The notes beneath the pieces were generated by a model, which saw only the letters and a list, made by a program, of their open reading frames with translations, was not told the origin of the DNA and ran no database searches. From Clostridia bacterium (GTDB lineage Bacteria; Bacillota; Clostridia; Monoglobales; Monoglobaceae): a stretch of 64,000 nucleotides of DNA. The position numbers and the translations under genes were made by a program. Positions 58,669 through 64,000 of this stretch are shown one piece after another (position 1 is the first letter of the stretch; every line of letters starts with the position of its first letter). The DNA is taken from positions 42,820 to 106,819 of the forward strand of contig JAZRKP010000010.1 of NCBI GenBank assembly GCA_045646365.1, in the 5' to 3' direction.

Positions 58669-61600
58669 ATGGCTAAACATTTTAAGACAATGGATGGTAA
58701 CAACGCCGCTGCGTATACTTCTTATGCGTTTACGGAAGTTGCTGCTATCTACCCGATTACTCCTTCTTCAACAATGGCTGAAGTTGTTGATGAAATGAGT
58801 GCAAAAGGCCAGAAAAATATTTTTGGCGAAACAGTTGATGTTGTTGAAATGCAGTCTGAAGCTGGTGCAGCTGGTGCTGTTCACGGTTCACTTCAGGCAG
58901 GTGCTTTAACTACAACATTTACAGCATCACAAGGACTTCTCCTTATGATTCCTAATATGTATAAAATAGCAGGTGAACTTCTCCCGACAGTTTTCCATGT
59001 TAGTGCAAGAGCATTAGCAGCTCACGCTCTTAACATTTTCGGTGACCATCAGGACGTTATGGCTTGCCGTCAGACAGGTTTTGCCCTTTTGGCATCAGGC
59101 AGCGTTCAGGAAGTTATGGACCTCGGCGGTCTTGCTCACCTTGCTACAATAAAGAGCCGTGTTCCTTTCCTTCACTTCTTCGATGGTTTCAGAACTTCTC
59201 ACGAAATCCAGAAGGTTGAAGTTATGGAATACGAAGACCTCGAAAAGCTCCTCGATAAAGAAGCTTTAAAAGAGTTCAAAGACAGAGCATTAAACCCAGA
59301 ACACCCTGTTCTCCGCGGTACTGCTCAGAACTCTGATATTTACTTCCAGGGCAGAGAAGCATCAAACAAATTCTATGATGCAGTTCCTGATATAGTAAAT
59401 GACTATATGGTTGAAATTTCAAAGATTACAGGCAGAGAGTACAAGCCGTTTAATTACTACGGTGCTCCTGATGCTGAAAAAGTTATCGTTGCTATGGGCT
59501 CTGTTTGCGAAGCTTTGGAAGAAACAGTTGATTATATCAACGCAAGAGGCGGAAAAGTTGGTGTTGTTAAAGTTCACCTTTACCGTCCGTTCTCTTCAAA
59601 ATATTTCTTCGATGTTCTTCCTGAAACAGTTAAGAAGATTGCTGTTCTCGACAGAACAAAAGAACCAGGCTCACTTGGTGAACCGTTATACCTTGATATC
59701 TGTAACCTCTTTACAGGTAAGGAAAACGCTCCGTTAATCGTTGGCGGTCGTTACGGTCTTGGTTCAAAGGATACAACTCCAACACAGCTCCTCGCTGTAT
59801 TCAACAATCTCGATGCTGATAAGCCAAAGAACGGCTTCACAATCGGTATCGTTGATGATGTTACAAACCTTTCTCTTGACCTCCCTGAGAAAATCAACGC
59901 AGCTCCTGAGGGTGCAACTCGTTGTAAGTTCTGGGGATTCGGTTCTGACGGTACTGTTGGTGCTAACAAGGACGCTATCAAGATTATCGGTGATAACACA
60001 GACCTTTACGCTCAGGCTTACTTTGATTATGACTCAAAGAAATCAGGCGGCGTAACAATGTCTCACTTAAGATTTGGTAAAAAGCCGATTAAGTCAACAT
60101 ACCTCCTCGACGAGGCTGACTATATCGCTTGTCATAAGCCTGCTTATGTTCATCAGTACGATGTACTTGAAGGACTTAAGAAGGGCGGTACATTCCTCTT
60201 AAACTGCGTATGGAGCCCTGAAGAACTTGATGAAAAGCTCCCTGCAAAGGTTAAGAAGTACATTGCTGAAAATGACATCGAATTCTATACAATTAACGCT
60301 GTTGATGTTGCTGTTAAAGTAGGTCTCGGCCCGAACAGAATCAACATGGTTACACAGAGTGCATTCTTCAAGCTCTCTAATGTTATTCCTTTTGATGAAG
60401 CTGTTGAACTTATCAAGGGCGCAATCAAGAAGACATACGGCAAGAAGGGTGACGAAATTGTTAAGATGAACTGTGATGCAGTTGACGGTGCAATCGAAGC
60501 ACTCGTTAAGATTGATGTTCCTGCTTCCTGGAAAGACGCTGTTGACGCTGATACAAACAAGAAAGAAGTTCCTGAATTTATCAGCAAGATTGTTGAACCT
60601 GTTAATGCTCAGGCTGGTAATAAACTCCCTGTAAGCACATTCCTCGGAATGGAAGATGGTACTTTTGAAACAGGTACATCTGCTTACGAAAAGAGAGGCG
60701 TTGCCGTAAATGTTCCTGTATGGGATATTGACAAGTGTATCCAGTGTAACCAGTGTTCACTTGTTTGTCCTCACGCTGCTATCCGTCCTGTTCTCTTAAC
60801 AGAGGAAGAAGCTGCTTCTAAGCCAGAAGCTTTTGAAACAAAGAATGCAAACGGTATCGCTGGAATGCAGTACAGAATGCAGGTTTCTCCGCTTGACTGT
60901 CTTGGTTGCGGTGTTTGTGCTCAGGTTTGTCCTGCAAAGGAAAAGGCTCTCGTTATGAAGCCAATCGATGAGGTTGCTGAAGTTCAGGCTCCTAACTGGG
61001 ATTACGCTATGACAATCCCAACAAAGCAGGCTGACATTGATATAATGAAGACATTCAAGAACTCACAGTTCGCAACACCAATGCTCGAATTCTCAGGCGC
61101 TTGTGCTGGTTGTGGAGAAACACCTTATATTAAGCTTATTACTCAGCTCTTTGGTGACAGAATGATGGTTGCAAACGCAACAGGTTGTACATCAATCTGG
61201 GGTGGCTCTGCTCCTTCAATGCCATACTGTAAGAATGCTGAAGGCAAGGGTCCGGCTTGGGCTAACTCCCTCTTCGAGGATAACGCTGAATTCGGTCTTG
61301 GTATGGTTGCTGCTAACAAGAAAATCAGAAAGAACCTTATCAGCCGTATGAACGCTGTTATGGATACAGTTGCTCCTGAGCTTGCTGATGCTTTCAAGGC
61401 TTGGATGAACGGTATGAACGACGCTGAAGCTTCAAAGGCTGCTGCTAAAGATATCATCGCTTTAATCGGCAAGGAAGATATGTCTAACCCTGCTATTAAG
61501 GAAATCGCAGACAGAACAGACTTCTTAGTTAAGCGTTCTATCTGGGCATTCGGCGGTGACGGCTGGGCTTATGATATTGGTTACGGCGGTCTCGACCATG

Positions 61601-62184
61601 TTATCGCATCAGGCGAAGACATCAATATCTTCGTTGTTGATACAGAGGTTTACTCAAATACAGGCGGTCAGGCTTCAAAGGCTACACCAACAGGTGCTGT
61701 TGCTAAGTTCGCAGCTGCTGGTATGAAGGTTAAGAAGAAAGACCTCGGTATGATTGCAACAACATACGGTTATGTATATGTTGCTCAGATTGCTCTCGGT
61801 GCTGATATGAATCAGGCATTTAAGGCAATCAAGGAAGCTGAAGCTTATCCGGGTCCATCCCTCATTATAGCTTACGCTCCATGTATCAACCACGGTATTA
61901 AGGTTGGTATGGCTAACACAATCGCAGAGGAGAAGAAAGCTGTTCAGACAGGTTACTGGCACCTCTGGAGATATAATCCTGAACTCAAGGCTGAAGGTAA
62001 GAACCCATTCACTCTTGATTCAAAAGAGCCAACAGGCACAGTTGCTGAATTCTTAGAAGGCGAAAACCGTTACTTAATGCTTAAGAAAGCATATCCTGAA
62101 GTAGCAGTTGAGCTCTTCGATAAGGCAGAAAAAGACCTTCTCGACAGATACGAAGTATATAAGAGAATGGCTAAAGAAGACTAA
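58669..62184 (+). CDS. nifJ: Pyruvate:ferredoxin (flavodoxin) oxidoreductase
   Basis: 1171 aa. MDGNNAAAYTSYAFTEVAAIYPITPSS, two ferredoxin CxxCxxCxxxCP motifs and the TPP domain GGDGWAYDIGYGGLDH. Confidence 0.95.
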   Translation: MAKHFKTMDGNNAAAYTSYAFTEVAAIYPITPSSTMAEVVDEMSAKGQKNIFGETVDVVEMQSEAGAAGAVHGSLQAGALTTTFTASQGLLLMIPNMYKIAGELLPTVFHVSARALAAHALNIFGDHQDVMACRQTGFALLASGSVQEVMDLGGLAHLATIKSRVPFLHFFDGFRTSHEIQKVEVMEYEDLEKLLDKEALKEFKDRALNPEHPVLRGTAQNSDIYFQGREASNKFYDAVPDIVNDYMVEISKITGREYKPFNYYGAPDAEKVIVAMGSVCEALEETVDYINARGGKVGVVKVHLYRPFSSKYFFDVLPETVKKIAVLDRTKEPGSLGEPLYLDICNLFTGKENAPLIVGGRYGLGSKDTTPTQLLAVFNNLDADKPKNGFTIGIVDDVTNLSLDLPEKINAAPEGATRCKFWGFGSDGTVGANKDAIKIIGDNTDLYAQAYFDYDSKKSGGVTMSHLRFGKKPIKSTYLLDEADYIACHKPAYVHQYDVLEGLKKGGTFLLNCVWSPEELDEKLPAKVKKYIAENDIEFYTINAVDVAVKVGLGPNRINMVTQSAFFKLSNVIPFDEAVELIKGAIKKTYGKKGDEIVKMNCDAVDGAIEALVKIDVPASWKDAVDADTNKKEVPEFISKIVEPVNAQAGNKLPVSTFLGMEDGTFETGTSAYEKRGVAVNVPVWDIDKCIQCNQCSLVCPHAAIRPVLLTEEEAASKPEAFETKNANGIAGMQYRMQVSPLDCLGCGVCAQVCPAKEKALVMKPIDEVAEVQAPNWDYAMTIPTKQADIDIMKTFKNSQFATPMLEFSGACAGCGETPYIKLITQLFGDRMMVANATGCTSIWGGSAPSMPYCKNAEGKGPAWANSLFEDNAEFGLGMVAANKKIRKNLISRMNAVMDTVAPELADAFKAWMNGMNDAEASKAAAKDIIALIGKEDMSNPAIKEIADRTDFLVKRSIWAFGGDGWAYDIGYGGLDHVIASGEDINIFVVDTEVYSNTGGQASKATPTGAVAKFAAAGMKVKKKDLGMIATTYGYVYVAQIALGADMNQAFKAIKEAEAYPGPSLIIAYAPCINHGIKVGMANTIAEEKKAVQTGYWHLWRYNPELKAEGKNPFTLDSKEPTGTVAEFLEGENRYLMLKKAYPEVAVELFDKAEKDLLDRYEVYKRMAKED

Positions 62185-62284
62185 TTCAGAGTGTCGAAAA
62201 ACTTGTTCTACCGCAAGCAAGAATAATACAAAAGAAAACTTGCAGGGATAGAAATTTTTGACTGTTCGCATGAAGAAGCACAAA

Positions 62285-62330
62285 AACGGCAAGGGAAACA
62301 TCGAGTTTTCCTTGCCGTTGCTTGCTTTTT
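62285..62330 (+). terminator. Probable PFOR terminator
   Basis: aacggcaaggga (62285-62296) pairs with ttccttgccgtt (62308-62319). A T5 run at 62326-62330 follows 6 nt later. Confidence 0.5.
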
Positions 62331-62381
62331 ACGAAATCGTTCTCTGGAGTACCTTCGTACGCCGACGAAAACGATTTCGTA
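62330..62381. repeat. Perfect 12-bp inverted repeat with a 28-nt spacer
   Basis: tacgaaatcgtt (62330-62341) pairs with aacgatttcgta (62370-62381). Confidence 0.85.
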
Positions 62382-62438
62382 AAATATACCTGCATTTTTA
62401 GACATCTGGCTTAGCGTGTCGACTTTATCGACACGCAG

Positions 62439-62468
62439 ACCGACGGATTTCTCCGTCGGTATTTTTTT
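62439..62468 (+). terminator. Rho-independent terminator, preceded by a second 9-bp hairpin at 62414-62436
   Basis: accgacgga tttc tccgtcggt, followed by aT7. Confidence 0.7.
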
Positions 62469-62477
62469 ATATGGGTA

Positions 62478-62506
62478 TTTACAATTAAGGAAAGTTGTGG
62501 TATAAT
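62478..62506 (+). promoter_or_regulatory. Sigma-A promoter with no protein gene downstream
   Basis: TTTACA (62478-62483), a 17-nt spacer, then TATAAT (62501-62506), preceded by TGG. Confidence 0.55.
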
Positions 62507-62512
62507 GATAAT

Positions 62513-62656
62513 GCGAAACAAAATTGAATATGAATTAAGCGAGAGTTTTTTATTTGGGTAAAAACGCACGCTTTTTCCTGATACTCTCGTATTATGGTTC
62601 AATTTTGTTTCGCGACAAATGTGCGTTTTTCGGGCGCAGATTTCTGCGCCTTTTTT
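62513..62656 (+). ncRNA. Candidate small RNA (about 145 nt) of unknown class
   Basis: A perfect 16-bp stem (62513-62528 with 62598-62613), an inner 7-8 bp stem (62540-62546 with 62583-62589), loop 62560-62569 complementary to 62621-62630, and a terminator (62633-62639 with 62644-62650) followed by T6. Confidence 0.4.
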
Positions 62657-62700
62657 AGTTAAACGCACGAACGCCGATTGTCGCTAAACGAAGTTACGAA

Positions 62701-62731
62701 CAAAAAGACGACCTTTAAGGTCGTCTTTTTG
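62701..62731. terminator. Bidirectional rho-independent terminator
   Basis: aaaaagacgacc tttaa ggtcgtcttttt lies 12 nt after the stop of the minus-strand peptidase gene. Confidence 0.8.
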
Positions 62732-62742
62732 TTTATGATATT

Positions 62743-64000
62743 TTATTTCTCTGTTAAGAATTTAATTGCTTCGTCCATCTGGTTGTCTTTTTCGATTTTT
62801 GTGTTACAGAGAATATCAAGAATTTCTATTTGCGTAACAGGATTCAAGACACCGTTTGGCTCGATATGGTTGGTTGATTTCTGGATTGCAGTTAACACAA
62901 TTTTCAGATTTTCGTCAAAGTATTCATCAACCTCGCCGTGGTAAACTCCTAAATATTTAAGCATTTCCTTTGCGTTTTTAATCTCAGGGTCCGACATTCC
63001 AACGGAATAGGTACGCTTATATTTGAGGGCGGTGAACTGAGAAAGGTCAATTTCCTCTTTAGTATTTTCAACATAAATGTCGGGTTTAAGACCGATTCCC
63101 TCAATATTCTTACCTGTTGGAGTGAGATAGAACGCTGTTGTATATTTCATCATTCCGCCGTTTGCAAGACCTATCATTGTCTGGACAGTACCTTTTCCGT
63201 AAGAGTTGACACCGATTAAGGTTGCCGCATTATTTTCACGGAGTGCCGCAGAGAGAACCTCTGATGCGCTTGCGGAGTATTGGTTCATAAGAATAACAAT
63301 GTTATAGCCAGGGTCATCACCTTTTGCAATATATTTCTTATCAAGGATATTAACTCTGTGGTCCTCGCTTGTTATTACTGCTTTTGCAGGGAGGAACAAG
63401 TCGGCAACGGCAACTGCTTCAGATAAATAACCGCCTGCATTGTTTCGGACATCAATTATAATATCTTTAATACCTGCTCGTCTGAAATCGCCCAACGCTG
63501 AGCTGACATATAACGCTGTATTTGTTGAGAATGAGATTATTTCAATATAACCGATTTTCTCGTCTAAAATTTTCGATGTAACAGGCTCGGTTGTTATAAC
63601 TTCACGAACGATAGAGAATGAAATTTCCCCAACCTTATCACGATTTACAACAAGATTAACGGTTGTCCCGACAGGGCCTTTGATGTGACCTGTGGCTGTG
63701 TCTAAATCCATACCGATAAGGCTTGTTCCGTTGGCAGAAATCAGTCTGTCACCAACCTGAAGTCCAGCACGCTCTGCAGGAGTGTTAGGGATAATCTGAC
63801 CGATAATTATGTTTCCGTCAACTGAGGAAACGGAAACGCCGATTCCGGTTATTGAGTCGGAAAGGTCCTCGAGCATAGCCTTTGCTTCGTCGGGTGTGAA
63901 ATATGCTCCGTATTTATCAACTGAGGATAAGAGAGATTTCATAACCTCCGTAAAAAGCTCAGGGTGTTTCTCGACTATTGAGATAAGTGTTTCACGGTAA
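62743..64000 (-). CDS. S41-family C-terminal processing peptidase with a PDZ domain and a C-terminal peptidoglycan-binding-like domain; N-terminus lies outside the window
   Basis: PDZ (GIGVSV...PAERAGLQVGDRLISANG), catalytic region (DVRNNAGGYL, SASASEV...GVNSYGKGTVQ) and a PG_binding-like tail. The frame stays open upstream of the listed Met to nt 64000. Confidence 0.85.
   Translation of the reverse strand, partial: YRETLISIVEKHPELFTEVMKSLLSSVDKYGAYFTPDEAKAMLEDLSDSITGIGVSVSSVDGNIIIGQIIPNTPAERAGLQVGDRLISANGTSLIGMDLDTATGHIKGPVGTTVNLVVNRDKVGEISFSIVREVITTEPVTSKILDEKIGYIEIISFSTNTALYVSSALGDFRRAGIKDIIIDVRNNAGGYLSEAVAVADLFLPAKAVITSEDHRVNILDKKYIAKGDDPGYNIVILMNQYSASASEVLSAALRENNAATLIGVNSYGKGTVQTMIGLANGGMMKYTTAFYLTPTGKNIEGIGLKPDIYVENTKEEIDLSQFTALKYKRTYSVGMSDPEIKNAKEMLKYLGVYHGEVDEYFDENLKIVLTAIQKSTNHIEPNGVLNPVTQIEILDILCNTKIEKDNQMDEAIKFLTEK

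Noticed and set aside
62411-62668. An 85-aa minus-strand ORF, plus the 65-69 aa ORFs at 62186..62405, in the PFOR/peptidase intergenic region
   Set aside because: They have no SD sequences, basic low-complexity translations, and reading frames that run through four or five strong hairpins and terminators. They are more consistent with non-coding structured DNA.

Overview
This 64 kb window looks like core chromosome of a low-GC Gram-positive bacterium. PolC, class-II GlyQS, a THF riboswitch, ECF S-components and near-consensus TTGACA-17-TATAAT promoters with TGn extensions point to Clostridia, probably Oscillospiraceae or Ruminococcaceae. That taxonomic call is an inference from gene content. 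About 55 protein genes are tightly packed. They cover replication and repair (polC, holB, ruvAB), translation (glyQS, metG, prfA, prfB with a +1 frameshift, secA, tsaC, rimI, rsmI, tRNA modification), central metabolism (gap, PFOR, ispG, nadE, folC, pfkB, eda/dgoK, a GH2 beta-galactosidase), transporters and several envelope proteins. There are three tRNAs (Tyr-GTA, Thr-TGT, Arg-ACG) and one clear THF riboswitch in front of folT-folC. I found no transposase, integrase, CRISPR array, cas gene, reverse transcriptase, toxin-antitoxin pair or recognisable defence cassette, so I cannot honestly name a large novel system here. The best candidates for something undescribed are small. (1) A promoter, a ~100-nt rod hairpin and a terminator form a leader in front of a 112-aa orphan protein (39952-40165). 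(2) An orphan promoter-to-terminator unit with a 16-bp perfect stem, a 10-nt loop-tail complementarity and no downstream ORF (62478-62656); it shares a TTTTTCGG-terminator junction with (1). (3) The prfB recoding site reads CUU UAA C instead of the canonical CUU UGA C, and prfA lies 18 nt downstream. (4) A 31-37 nt duplication of the prfB translation-initiation region flanks a hairpin-rich 105-bp insert. (5) Several gene pairs are functionally unexplained: STAS plus a 207-aa orphan; an HD-like DUF5662 plus a Zn-ribbon/TM/RCC1-propeller protein; a WYL regulator coupled to holB-ricT; and a RiPP-leader-like 55-aa ORF. All functional calls rest on motif recognition by eye, and no database search was run.
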